A stretch of 61,769 nt of DNA, the filler included, from Choristocarpus tenellus KU-1152 (taxonomy: Eukaryota > Protista > Phaeophyceae): NCBI GenBank assembly GCA_964200185.2. It is 13 parts of 13 records of this genome, joined end to end, with 100 filler letters (N's around TTAATTAATTAA, not from the genome) between each part and the next. Parts side by side here need not be neighbours in the genome. Positions count along the whole stretch, not along the records: positions 24,827 to 30,241 come from CAXNAD020010852.1; positions 30,342 to 39,423 come from CAXNAD020004007.1; positions 39,524 to 47,647 come from CAXNAD020005106.1; 10 more parts are not named here. One strand, 5' to 3'. Positions 26,883-39,927 of the stretch are shown piece after piece. A program made the translations under genes and the position numbers. Position 1 is the stretch's first letter; every line of letters begins with the position of its first letter. Under the pieces are notes generated by a model that searched no databases, was not told the DNA's origin, and was given only the letters and a program-made list of their open reading frames with translations.

Positions 26883-27738
26883 TCACGTGACGGCGTTTCG
26901 TGCCCTGCTCGCTGCTCTCCTGATCGCCTCCCGTTGATCTTCTTCCCTCATCATAACATCAATGGCGTGCCTCTCAGAGGAGGTTGGACTTGGGGTCAGA
27001 CCTTTCTCTAGGAACCCTCTGCAACAGGGGCAGCCTGTGTTCTCTGCCCGTCGGTTCTCCTTCAAACAGCTCCGATGAAAATCGTGCTTCGCGTGCGGAC
27101 AGAAGGAGGGGGAGGGGAGAGGGATTGAGCTTTGGTAGGGGCTAAGGGAGCGTCATGAGCTCTTCAAGAGTGTACTATATTCCTGACTGAATCCAGTGCT
27201 CAGAGATGAGATTCTGGAACGCATCTATAAGGGGGTGATCCGACACTGTCGGTCATTAATTATGGTCAGGTCAATCCCTGTATTGAGGAGGTGGTCACTT
27301 CACCACGAGCAAAACTTATGGCACTATATCACGTGTATCCACTCAACTCACTCGGCATTGTTGTGTTGTATAGATCTCTTTGCCATTCATCAAGGGGCTA
27401 AGACATATCGGGCAGCAGACGCCCTCATAACCAGGGGCCTTGGGAGTGACATAGTTGTAGGTTGACCACCAGCTTTCCTGTGTATTGCCGTCACCTCGGG
27501 ATGTAATTTGTTTGCAGGGGGTGAGAATGCTCATCCTAGCTTCGAATTGGCGACTGAGTTCATTGGCACCACCAGCGAAGACTCTTTCCGTGATCCCATC
27601 ACAATCTTCAACACCATGTGCTCTCCTTTGTACGAGGTCTCCTTCCTCAAGGGAGCTGACCTGATGGTTAGAGTATTGCCCTGGTGAAGTCAGGTCAATT
27701 ACTTCCCTTACATTTACATCCCTCGATCTGAGCTCCAT
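26883..27738 (-). CDS. RING-H2 protein with N-terminal SIM-like motif (exons 27738-27352, 27086-26883)
   Basis: Splicing cga|GTGAGT...AAG|cac gives CPICLSPL...QQCRHDFHRSCLKE...GCPCCRG (C3H2C3 RING). N-terminus contains EVIDLT. Confidence 0.85.
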
Positions 27739-27937
27739 GTTCCAACTCAGGGGGCGTCCTACGTGCGTGCTTGTCTTCCCTATTGTACGACAGACGACCC
27801 TGTTAACATATGAGGGGTACTATTCAACCAAATCATCAACAGTAATAACGGTTAGATGTTGCTCGCGCAAAATTCACGATAAGGCGGCGCAACCGTTCTT
27901 GCGTTTTTGAACTTTGAAATGTCATCCACCACTAAGC
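27739..27937. promoter_or_regulatory. Probable bidirectional promoter between RING gene and coiled-coil gene
   Basis: 199 bp between divergent ATGs; locally CpG-rich. Confidence 0.5.
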
Positions 27938-29851
27938 ATGCCACGACCATCTCGCCAACATAACTATGGGGGGGGCGATGATATCCTGGGCCGCCTTTCC
28001 TCGAAGATTCGACTGCAGGCGAGTGAGCTTGCAAACCTCACAGAGAAGCTGCAACAGCAAGCCGCTTACTCGAGGCTTGTGGAGGGTAGACTCCTTCAGC
28101 TCGATCCACACCACCCCCTTCCCATCACACCCAGTCACCTAAGCCAGGGGAAGAAGGCTTTGGGCCGCCGTCATAGCGGAGAAATTGGGGAAGAGATTGG
28201 GGGGGAACAAGAAGGCGATGATCACTCCCGTCGAGGCTACGAAGTTGGACAGGAACGGTTAAAGGATGCCGTTAGGCTCATCAAGCAGCTTCGCGAAGCC
28301 CTTGAAACTAGGTCTGTGAGAGATGCTCTTGCCCAGGGGATGAATTTTTAATAGATTTTTTCTATCTCTTTATCTCTCTCTCTCTCTCTCTGCATGCGTA
28401 TTTTTCTTCCTGACCCTTTGTTCTTTATCAGTAGTACTACTTCTGAGTTTTTTTTCTCTTAGACAGACTTTCCCACCTCAATTCTCGGGATTTCCAACTC
28501 TAGTCAACAAACAGGATGTAACAAAAATCCTTGGTCAACGAATGTTTTCGAGGTAGTGCGAGGCCATGGTATTTATTTTTGTTAGTTTTATCTGTACATC
28601 CTACCCTTTCCCAAAACAAGCACGCTCCCGAGGTGTTTTTTTCCAAGAGTATTGCCGTTAAGTCTCTTTCGTGGTATAATCAACGAAAGATCTCCCCGGA
28701 AAATTCGTTTCCAAACAGCGCCTGAAGTATTCTCTCGGGTTCAATCACCTCCCAGCAAGACCCTCTCATATCTATTCCACAGCACCGTACACGTTCTCTC
28801 ACCTTTCTCACCCACCATTGATCTCCCATTCTGGCGACTCTTTCACGATACGATGTGCAGAGATTCGCATGCCAAAGCAGCAGACGAGCATGTTCGAGCT
28901 CTCCAACGGGAGACCAGTGACCTGCGAAAGAAGCTGAGTCTTGAAGCCGGGAATGTGGGCTCTGGAGGGCGAGGAAGGGACAGGAGTGGGGGAAAGGCTT
29001 CTGAGGCTAGAGATGTGTTGCAACTCCAGAGAGGGCTGTCGCGTTTGAAGCAGAAACTACGAGTTGAACAAGGAGCAGCGGACGAGGCCCGTTCTGAGGC
29101 GAGCGCCCTCAGGGACGCTCTTGAGGTAATTTACCAAGCAATCTCCAAACTGATGTTTGGTACACAAAAAGCTCTCGTCAGCCCCCCCCCCCCCCCCCCT
29201 CCCGTTCTCTTGTCAGTACCCTACTCATAGTTGATGCCTGCACATTACAGTTCCAATCTACTACTCTGTTGCAAACAGGAAGCTGTGGTCGTGTTGGGTA
29301 TAGCTATGTACCATATATCACGTACATACAGACCACATATCACGTACATACAGACCATATATCCACCCTGATCTTCTGTTTCCCTTCATATAGCAACACG
29401 GTTGTTAGCAGTGTCAGACCTTTATGGTCATTTCAGACAAAGATTTGCCCCCTTTTCCCTAGAATGTGAAGGAAGGAACACTGACAACATTCACATGGCG
29501 ATTGGCCCACCTTTTGACTAGCCTGACCAAGAAAGAATACATGAACTTTGGCTCACCATGGACTGCAGCACATACGATGAACCTTAAGTCATGAGAGGAA
29601 TTGTGCTTGAAACTAGTGATGGCAATCATTGAGCCCTTCCTCATATTTCACAGCCCTTAGGCAGCTTTGCAGGTGGCACATTGTGCTTGCAGTGCTAAAA
29701 CACTTGTAGTCTCTGCTGCTATTCTGTCTTTGTTGTTCCATGACATATGTGGTGCTTGCACTCTGCTGCTACTTCCTCCATCACGCCTCTACTTGATTCC
29801 AAGCATTTCATCCTGGCTAGCTTGTTACACCTGCTTCTGGGTTTTAATTGT

Positions 29852-29887
<36 letters not shown>

Positions 29888-30241
29888 CTCAGACTGTTCA
29901 ATGCACTAGACTTTCTTTCCAGCCCCCACTTCACCTCTCTAACTATCACCATGTTGTGCTTGTCCCTATAACATGGCACAAAAAACCCGTTCTCAGGACA
30001 TGGGAATGGGTCCAGGCGGAGGAGGCGTTATCACTGAGCTGGTTGAGACCAGGAATCTGGCAAGAGAACTCCAAGAGGAGGTTTCCGCACAAAAGGGGCG
30101 TGTCTTGTGTCTTGAGGAGGAGCTGAAGGAGACGCAATCGCTCTGCAGTCGACTCCAAAAAGATCTGGCAGCTACGGGTACCAAAAAGATGAATGTGCGT
30201 ACAAAGATGCAAGCAAACTCTGCGGTGGCAACTGGGGGTGG
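27938..30241 (+). CDS. Coiled-coil protein, 5' part (exons ~27938-28311, 28861-29125, ~29997-30194+)
   Basis: Heptad-rich segments (LQASELANLTEKLQQQ; LQRETSDLRKKL; LARELQEEVSAQKGRVLCLEEELKE) bounded by GT/AG sites. Confidence 0.7.
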
Positions 30242-30801
30242 NNNNNNNNNNNNNNNNNNNNNNNNNNNNNNNNNNNNNNNNNNNNTTAATTAATTAANNN
30301 NNNNNNNNNNNNNNNNNNNNNNNNNNNNNNNNNNNNNNNNNGTGTAGCAACGTTAACATGTATAATATGAGAGGTGAGGGGGGGGTAATGCAGGAAATAG
30401 TATATGTGTGTGTTGGATTGATGGGGAGGCAGGGGGAGGGGGGATAGGGACACGATAGGATTATTCACAGATTGCATAGTTGATAACATCCAAAGTAGGT
30501 GCAGGAACAGGGCTTGGGGTCCGAGGTAAGTTGGGGCGATGGAATCAAATCCTGCCTCTATAGGAAGCAACGGCTTTTAGTAATGACTCTCTGCAGACCA
30601 ATCAGCAACATAATATGGTCGTTCGTCCACTCCACTCCTGTTCATCTCAAAAATTACTCTGAGTATTTAGCCAATAGCGTTCCTCTTCTAACTGTATGCT
30701 CCAATACAGACAGAAAATTAGCTCTACAAAAGACTGAAGCTCTTATCTAGCAGCAATATAGAAACCAAGAGTGATCAAGTACAGAACAAACCCCTTTTCA
30801 C

Positions 30802-33019
30802 CTGAAGGTCAGCGAGACGGGCATAAAGCCCTCTAATCTCCTCACTCCCTTCACCAGCAGTTGTCCCTCCCCCAGATCCTTCCCCATGGTGCCCCAAGGC
30901 TAGAGCACTCCTCCGATTCATCTCCCTGGCCTCTCCTGAAGCAGACAACGCATTAAGTTGGTCTCCTTGCTCTCGGAGTGCTTGTCTTGCCCGTGCCAGG
31001 GAATCCTTAAGGGTGGAGATAATCTCCTCTGCCTGCTGTGCTCGAGTTTTGGCAGCAAGCAATTGAGCAGTGGTGCTGTCACCATGGACACTGTCCCTCT
31101 GAGCTCCAGGAAGGGAGGTATGTGCTTTAGCGGTGGGTAAAGGGCTCCGTTGAGCATCCTAACCGAGCAGCGGACAAGAGGAAAATCCATAGGGCATATG
31201 CAGGGCAAGGATGTTCATGTCTTGGCTGATGGGCTGGGTCTGGTGGTGTGTGTCAGGTGGGGACGGATGGAAGTAGCCAGTGGGTGTAGAGCTTAGCAGG
31301 TCTACGTATTGCGGGTGTACATATGGTCAACTAGGTGCTTACCATCAGCTCCTGATGGGAAAAAATCACTCTGTATCTGCATTAATTTCTCTTCATCTGC
31401 CTGACAAGCAAGGTGTACCGAGAGCAAACAAAAGCAAGTGAATCTCACAATGATGCCAGAACTGGTAAGGACAGCACGTATGGCAAACACAACAGAAGCA
31501 GATAGGACAAAGGAGAAATGAGCCTCTGCTCCTTGTGACCTTGACCCCAAAGCTCTCACCCGAAGCTGAGCCTCTGCCCCTGCACTACCAGTCCTGTAGC
31601 CAGCAAGCTCGACCTTTGCATACGGCACATCTGCAGAAAGTTCCTCAACTCGTTCTCGAGTTTTAACTTCCCCTGAGGGTTTTTGGCTGGAGGGTTTGTG
31701 TTCATCTTCAATTTTGTTTCCTGTGCATATGTCTATGGCACCTCTTCCCTTCCTTCGGAGAGCTTCCCCTAGCTCACGAATCTTGTTCTCCTTCCTGCGC
31801 ATGAGGACTAGCACCCGCTTTGACTTGTCCTCAAATGCTTCCCTCTCGCGACGGACTGCAAGGTCAGCCAGTCTAGCCACGTTTGGTGAGGTGGCACGCA
31901 ACTCTGAGACCAAGGCCTGCCCAAGATGCAGAGGGCGTGAGGGCAGTAGCAGATAATTTTGTTGACATTTGGCAGGCCTTCTATGTTGTGCAGTTCGCAC
32001 TGTTGACAATTGCAACAGCAGAAGATGCGCGGTGATCAAAACTACCAGTGTGTCTATTGGCTTGGTAGAATATGGTTAGGTGATGCAACCTCTGAGGGCA
32101 CATATTGCATGATTAGCAGGTGTGATAGCTGGTGTGGACTTGTAACATGCTTTCAAAATCTTCGCAATTTGCGAGGGTTGAACCTGCAGCAAATAATAAA
32201 ATATACTCAGTACTACCTTACCCCGTCAGACTGACCACATTAAGTTTAAGTGTAGCTCTACAGGGGGCGGGAGCAAGAGAAGCAAAATATAACGGTACAT
32301 GTTGGCCCAAAGAAGAATTTCCTTCAATTGAGAGGGTTGGATTTCTTCATGTAGGTTTTGTCGGGTTACCTGTCTAATAGGTTCACCTGCAACCTTTCAT
32401 TCTCTTGTTTCAACACTCGAGCTTCAGCTGCGCTTACACGGGTGTCCGCCTGGACTGGGCTATCTCCTGGCGCTGCCTGCTCTGCCACCTGTTGAAGGTC
32501 GGATGTGCTGCTGAGGTACGTATTTACTGAACAAGTGTCCAGGCAACGCACAACATGAAACTGACAATACTGTGAGGGGAGGTGTACAAAAAAGGCGCAT
32601 GTGGCATTAATGTCTCAATTAAAACAATATCATTCCATAATTAGGGGTCAAGGAGGGGGTCAATGGGTCCGTGTGAACCAAGCACAACAATACAGGAAAA
32701 TGCCTTCAGCCAACAAACAAGATAACGCTTGCAATAGTACCTCGATCTTCACGGCTAAGTCATCCCTGTTTCCTGATCTTACGACGAGATTAGCCGTAGT
32801 TCCTGCAGCCCCACCATTGAAAGTTACCACGACACCCTTACTGCAACCACCAGGGAGGCTAAACTCCTCTGGATGGACGCTGAAAGTTGACTGAGGAGGA
32901 TGGATCTGCACTGAAACGTTGACGCCTACTGTCAGGGGATTGTGCACTGAAACAACCTGTGACCCTTCGAAGACGAGCCGACTATGACTGGCACGTAGCA
33001 TGCTTGCCACGGCCCGCAT
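30802..33019 (-). CDS. Centlein-like coiled-coil protein with N-terminal Ig-like (ASH/MSP-type) domain, 5' part
   Basis: Exon 1 (33019-32741) VSVHNPLTVGVNVSVQI...FSVHPEEFSLPGGCSKGVVVTF fits the ASH/MSP pattern. Exon ~31916-31560 LRATSPNVARLADLAVRREREAFEDKSKRVLVLMRRKENKIREL resembles, from recall, the conserved centlein N-terminal block. Confidence 0.65.
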
Positions 33020-33339
33020 GGGCGGCCTCTATGTAGAAGCCCAATCCAGGTCCACCCCTTTCAAGTTTCCAATTTGGGTTTGGGATTGGGGATTGTGGCA
33101 GTTGATGGAAAGCTTTTAAATTAACGGCAAGTTTGTTTGGGGAGAACATTTTTTTTGACTTGCCCTTTTTCACCTGCCATTTTCATTATATTGTAACCTA
33201 AACTGAGTTCAGGTGAACTCTCTGTGACGTAAACGCACAAGTGTACACCGGTATCTTCACTTTTGTCGGTCTCTGAAGTCTAGAAGGGGTGGGGAATCTC
33301 TCTAAGTTCTAGACGACGCAGTCACTGCTAGGGATCGCC
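33020..33339. promoter_or_regulatory. Probable bidirectional promoter between centlein-like and BAR-SH3 genes
   Basis: 320 bp between divergent ATGs; CpG-rich near 33220-33340. Confidence 0.45.
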
Positions 33340-36300
33340 ATGGCATCTACACGAAAGGGTCCAGATGCCCCAACGAAGTTGAACAAACTCACTCTGGGTG
33401 TGAAGCACATAATCAAACACAAGAACCTAGTAAAGTGTGAGTACAATTCTGAAAATTTTCAGTTATTGGAATACCATCACTTCGCTCATTTCGCTCTCCT
33501 CACAATGCCCCCTTCGTATCAGTGGATCGTTCAACAGTAACTCTCCATGCAGTATTTGCTCAACTGCCTCTGCTTACAACCTCATCCTCCTTGTTACAGT
33601 TGATGAGGTTGATGCAGAGGATGACCAGAACTATGCTGCAGCATCCGAAAGATTCCTGGAATTGCAGACTCAGGTATTGGGCGATTATGGAGATATTGTA
33701 GATTTTCTGTAAGTTATCATTTTTCACGATCCACTATTATTTAGTGAACTATTTTGGACCTTGAGGTTTTCAAAGAAGTGATGCCGAGTCAAATAATAGA
33801 CGTGCGCAGCATCGCAGTTACTACTGTGTAACAAGGTATAGGCAATGTCACAAAGAAGGCTACTTTCATCCCTAGACTCCAATGATCCTTCAAGATTTTC
33901 CTTCCGGTCACATGTCCCCTCACTTGTGCGGCAGCTCGACGCAATTATCCTGCATGCCACAAATTTCCGCACGGCGATGGAAGAGTGTTTGAATCAAGCC
34001 GCTGAACTAGCGGACGATTTCAGCCGAATATCCACTGGGCGGGGGACTGAACGTATGGCTGAGCCATGGGCGAAGGTGGCCGCCTCTCAAGCATTTACCC
34101 TCAAGGCCATGTTCCAAGAAAGCATTGTAGCTGTGAAACAGTGAGTACTGCCGGCTGTAAAGTTGGGTGAGGGCTTTGGTGAGCTGGATAGTATTGTTGC
34201 TGTGGGATGTCGTTTTCTTTGTGACAGCTGTGTGCTTTTTTCATTATATCGTGACATTTTGTTGTATTCCCATGGTGTGGTCTGTATCAATGTACAATAT
34301 ATTACTGCACATGTACAGGGGTGGGCAGGGTTAATGCAGTAGGTGGATGAGCCCTGAAACAGCTAGATCATTCTAAAGTACGCTCTGCCATAATTGTTAT
34401 ATTCCTCCTTCCAGGTGTTCAAAACTTACCGCGCGAAATGATGATACTGAACGGTTTATTCTACTTGGTATTTCATTGTTCACTATGACGGCCAGTTCAA
34501 CACTAGTTATAATAATCCGAACATTCTCCCTTTTCCATCAACATGTCAGACATTTAGGTCTTGATTTGGACGAGAAGGTGCTTCGTACTCTGCTTGACTC
34601 GGTTGCAAACTTCAAGGAAGTTCAGATTCAGATGAGGGAGCGCTATAACATGAAGGTGCAGGAGTATTGTGAATCAACCCACTCCGATAGTAAATTCTGC
34701 TTCCATCTGAGAAACGTAAACCATGTTCAGGCACTTCACTTTATATGAAGCCCTTCACGTCCTATTGCATCAGAGCAGAGCACCGTAGTTGTCTCCTTGA
34801 CTTGCGTCTAGGTACAGCCTACTACAGCAATGGTACAAGCACATGTCACTTTGTATTTGGTCAACACTAATCTACATCTGTACCCCCCCCAAAAAAAAAT
34901 CCTGTGAACCTGGCATCCCACCTCATGGCCCAGACCTTCCTCTTGACCTCTGCCATTCACTTGCCTCGGGTTGCCCTTTCTGCCCGCCTTGTTCTGCCAT
35001 TGGATTCCCCCTCCCTGTTAATTACTCGACATCTAATTTTTAAATAGTTCCATGCCCATGCTATCTGCCTGCATGTTGTGTGTGCGATTTGTGTAAGGTG
35101 GAGATGAATCACTACTCCAACAAACTTCAGGAGTTGAAGGACAACACTAAGGCTACGGATGAGAAAAAGGATCGTAACAAGGAGAAGTATGCACAAGCCT
35201 CTCAAAACCTCCGGGATCGAACCAACCAGCTCATGTCTACTTTTGCCCTTGCTGAGCAGCTTCGCCAGCGAATACTTGTGCAGGATCTGCCCACAGTCAT
35301 TGCGCTAGAAAAAATCACGCTCGACGCCCTGGCTGTGAACATGAACAAGGCTACAACCAATGTCCCATTGCCAGCAAGTAACCCACGGCTAGGTGGAAGT
35401 GTTTCATCATCACACTCTCCTACCAGGCAAGGGCAAGGGCTGCTAGGAGTGGTGAACAGGAATATGTGGTTACTGTGTATCTCCCCCCACCCCCCCTCCT
35501 TTGCGTCCTCCTTTTTTTGTGCCACTATACTTTCCAGTCTTTGGGAGGCGCTAGGAACTTGTTGCTCCCTCCAGCTGTGCCTCTGGAGTGATCTCATTTG
35601 CCCCTCTGAATCTGTCTAATATTGCCAAATTGCATCTTCATTGAGAGAGATTTTGGATCATACCACAGAATATCAATGGGAAACATGGTGATTCCAGAGA
35701 CACCCAACCCTGATCAAGAACTTTTTCTTTGCCTCCCCCCCCTTCCCTTCCCCTTTCCTTCCTCACCCCATGTTCTCATAATCTTTTTTTGGGAGAATAT
35801 CCAAAATATCAGTCGTTGGTCTCTAGTCCAAATATCTACCCTGAGTTTGCCTTAACACTACACTTCTAACCCTCTCCTACTTCAACCGATGCTGTAACTT
35901 TGTTTTTCCTCTGTTTGACCCTCAGGTTAGGGTCCTCCATTGACTTCCCCCCCACCCCTCCTAGCCACAGGCTTGCCGATGTGAATCTTGATGATGACGC
36001 TGCTTTGACAGTTTCAACATCCTCTCCGAAGCCTGGGTTCACAGCTCTATCCCCAAAGTTCCACCTGAAGATGGAACCTTCGCCGCCCAAGGAGCCACAG
36101 CAAGGAGCAGTCAGAAAGCTTACCCCGTGAGTCCGTATGACAAGACTGGCACCTTGGAATACATGTGTTGTGGGGTGGGGATGATTTAGCAAGTTGCTGT
36201 CACATCATTTTTTTTTTTGCTTTGCAGGAATCTTGTCGCCAATGCCACCCATGCTCAGGTGATGATTGTACCAGCTTTGCATGGCGGGGTGCAAGATTGC

Positions 36301-38253
36301 GTTGGAAGAGTAGGGTCAGGGCTAATTTGTGGAATGGAATGCCGACACATACCTCTGGAGCGAGAGCTGGTGCATGCCTACTACAAGATTTGTGTTGTGT
36401 TGTCCTTGGCTTACACTAGTGTACTGTTGTCCTCCAGATAAGGAAAGATGAAATTTTTCCGGCAAACAAAGAATCACGTAACCCCTTTAGAGGTTAGTGT
36501 TCCCCCCGAGGATCTGATCATGTTCAACCTGTAACATACATATTTTATTTTTTTTTGGGACAATGTTAGGGTCAATACGCTCTCTGGCATCCGCCTAAAG
36601 CGAAATATTTTGGGGGTCAGTAGCTCTGCGTTTTTCGCTGTCAGGGCAACCCCCCGTCGCCATTTTCCTCATCTTTCACTTCAATGGAACAACAGGAGTG
36701 GGGGCGGGGCACAACAGCCATCTTTTGCCCAGAAAAACGCCTGTGGCTATTAGCATAATTTCCGTAATTTCCTTCCTGCCTACTTTCGATCTTCTCAGAA
36801 GCATATGGGCGCAGGGGGTGCAAGAGTGTAGACAGCAAGTGAATGAAGTGTCTCCAAAAAGAAAAATGTACCGTGTCATGGAAAAGTGTTCATCCGTTAC
36901 ACCCCTCTCGCAGTGTTCGTTGTCCTACAAATGCTTAGGGTGATTTGCTCTGTATGACCTATTTTGTAACGATCGATCGGTGGGGTCCATTTGCTTTGCT
37001 GAATCGTCTGCAGTATGCCAAACGCTCAGGGTCACTTGCTGTACAGTGCCTGTCGTCCAGGAGATATTCGGTCGTGTATGATGCTAAATCATCAAGTTGT
37101 TTTTTGTGAGCATTATGTTGCCCTAGGTACAACCTAGGTACAGTTTGGTGCTACTCTTGGCGTGTTGTGTTGGTTCCGTGCCCCCCTTCCCCTTCCCACC
37201 CCTATTCACTCACTCTCTTGTGACTTTTTGTGACTCTACTGTGACACTATTGTCACACCACTTGACTACGAGAAGGGAGTGACTGAGAAGACCTTGATGC
37301 TAATGTTGTGCTCGGTCCGCTGTCTGTCCCCCCTGGTCATGCGTTGGTCCAATCCCATCCCTCTCGTGATTTGTCTTTTCCTATTGTTCAGGACTGGCTT
37401 AAGCCCCAAGGATGGTCACCCATGGACTGGCAGTGGGGATGGAGGTGGAGAGTTTGCACAGGAGCTCAAGCGGGCTCAAGCGCACCAGATAAGCAAGATG
37501 TCTGCTGAGAGTGAGGCTCCAGGTGGTGGTGGGGGGGGGAATAGCAGAGGGGATTCTGCCACTACTTCTGCATCTGCTGCTCCTCACTCCCCTATGCCTC
37601 TTAGTCCAAACCTTGAGCGCGATTGGTCTGATGCATCCCAGGGGAATGGGACCGCTATTGAGGACTCAATGGCAATTGCAGATGATACTGCAGCAGTGTG
37701 TTTGGAGGCGTCTGAGCATATCCCGGGACAGGAAGGGGATGTCCAGGGTGAGGGAGTGGGATTGTCATCAGGACTGCAGCAGGAGGAAGGTGATGGGGTA
37801 GTTACAGAAGACCTTCGAGAGAAGGTAAAGCTGGGAGAAGAGGGCGATGAACGACTGCCTGTTGCATTGCCCACTTACAGTTCTGTAGGGGGGGTGGAAG
37901 TACCAGTAGTGGTACCAGTTATTGTGGAGGTGGAGGAAAGGGAAGTGGTAGAGGAAGGAAGTGGGGAGGTGAGTAGGGAGGGCATTGAGGACAGTGATGG
38001 TGATGGTATCAGTGAGGAAGAGGAGCTGGAACCTCCAGTTGCTACGCCAGAGGCAGATCTGAATCCACCACCAGGAAAAATGTTTGTGCAAGCGCTTTAT
38101 GATTATGAGGCCACACAGGATGGCGATCTGAGCTTCCGCATGGGGGATATGATCATCACAGATGAGGGTGCTTTTGCAGGGGACGGGTGGGTCACAGGCG
38201 AGTGCAACGGAAATGTGGGGATCTTTCCTGCAAACTACACAAGTACTTTGTGA
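33340..38253 (+). CDS. BAR-domain + C-terminal SH3 protein (amphiphysin/endophilin-like), multi-exon
   Basis: Helical exons (~33600-33673, ~33934-34140, ~34549-34655, ~35098-35430) with BAR-like REKYAQASQNLRDRTNQL. An acidic linker follows, then a canonical SH3: VQALYDYEATQDGDLSFRMGDMI...DGWVTGECNGNVGIFPANY, stop at 38253. Confidence 0.85.
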
Positions 38254-39927
38254 TATGTACATGTGTGTGTGCCCTTGCTCTTTTTCTCCCTCCTTTGTGT
38301 GGTAGTGAGGAGGGGGAAGGGGATCACCTGCAAGGTTGGCACCATGGGAAGACAAAATGCCTGCCTTGTGAGGGGTAGAACCCTTGTGTGTAAGTGTGTG
38401 ATTAGACCCTGGATTGCTCTGTGCAGCGCAAGGCTTTATGAAGAGAGTAGAAGAGAGAGGGGCAGTAGGTGACATGCCCCAGGGACTCCCTCTACCCCCC
38501 TGTATCCTCTTTGGTGATAGAAGCTTAAATCTTCAGCTTACTGTTCACCAAGGGGTCTTTTTCTACTTGCTGGCTGTAAGCCATCCCCTTGGGTTTGCCT
38601 TCTGAGCCCCTCACTCTGCTTACCACTCCCCTCACATTGTTGCTCTTGCTAATCCTGGTAAACTATCTTGGCAAGTGCCAAAATGTGTGAACATCCTGCT
38701 CCCGTCACACCCTCCTTTTCCCACTTTGCTCTGTCCTGGGGCCTATCACATGGTGTTGAATGGAAGTTGGCAGGTGGGATAGGTGAATGTTACTTTTCCA
38801 TCTTTGGTTATGGCTTTCCCATGTGTGATACCGATGTGTTAAGTCTTTCCTGGTAAGCAATTGCTGTGCCAGGCCTTGCCTTGCCTCTGTTAGAAGCAGC
38901 TTTGTGAAGTGGCCATGGTTTGATGGGTAAGAATATTAGCTGACCTTGTCAAGAATGAAACACAGGTTGGATAATCTTTCAGGCTGACTCAACCATGTTG
39001 GCTGGTTGGTCTTTGCATTTGTGTGTTACTTGCAAGGCTGGTGCCCTTGTGTGTTTATGTGTTCTACAAGCATTGAGTATGTGTATGCTATGTGTTGTTT
39101 GGTTGTGCACAGTACAAGCAGGGATTCCTGCCCTTTCTATTGCGTTTGAGTGTGCTGTATGTGAGATGGATAGTGCATGGATTCTCTCTCGCGTGGGCAG
39201 GTGTATATTTTTGTTGAGGAACGTGGCTGTTGAGAAGGAATGCGTATTCCTTGTAACCCTGAATACCTTCAGGTGCAAGTATGGTATTTCCGTGTAATTG
39301 TGTCTGGAGTAGTGACTTGAGTCGACACTTTGGCTGCTGCGGTAACTACTCCATGTTTTGCTTTTCGGTAGAGGGGGAGGGGGTGGGGGTGGGGGTGAAC
39401 ATCCAGCCTTCCCCCCATGTATGNNNNNNNNNNNNNNNNNNNNNNNNNNNNNNNNNNNNNNNNNNNNTTAATTAATTAANNNNNNNNNNNNNNNNNNNNN
39501 NNNNNNNNNNNNNNNNNNNNNNNGGGCATGTTACAGGCGATATGTCTTGATAGCGGTTTCATAAACACCATTATGACATTGAAGTTCTGGATTTGATATA
39601 TTTGTACTACTTTATTTATTTATTATTTGGTCATTATAGTCCCCGATTGTGATAAGACATCGTGGATCAGTTCCTTTTTATATGATGATATTGATGTCAA
39701 TTCAGGTGAGAGATCCAACATACCTGACGACTTGTGCACCAGGAGTCCTATATGTACATCAGTATTATCTATAGGCCCGTAGATTGGAGCTATACATCCT
39801 GTGGAGGTAAGCTTTGAGGGGCGCCTGTAACAGCTCTGGGATGGATTAGAGTAATGTGACACAGGGCACCAACAACCCTCTGCATTTCGACCATGGATTA
39901 TGAACATGCCAGGGCAACAAATACTTG

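Noticed and set aside
37768-38475. 235-aa minus-strand ORF
   Set aside because: Antisense shadow of the SH3-coding exon.
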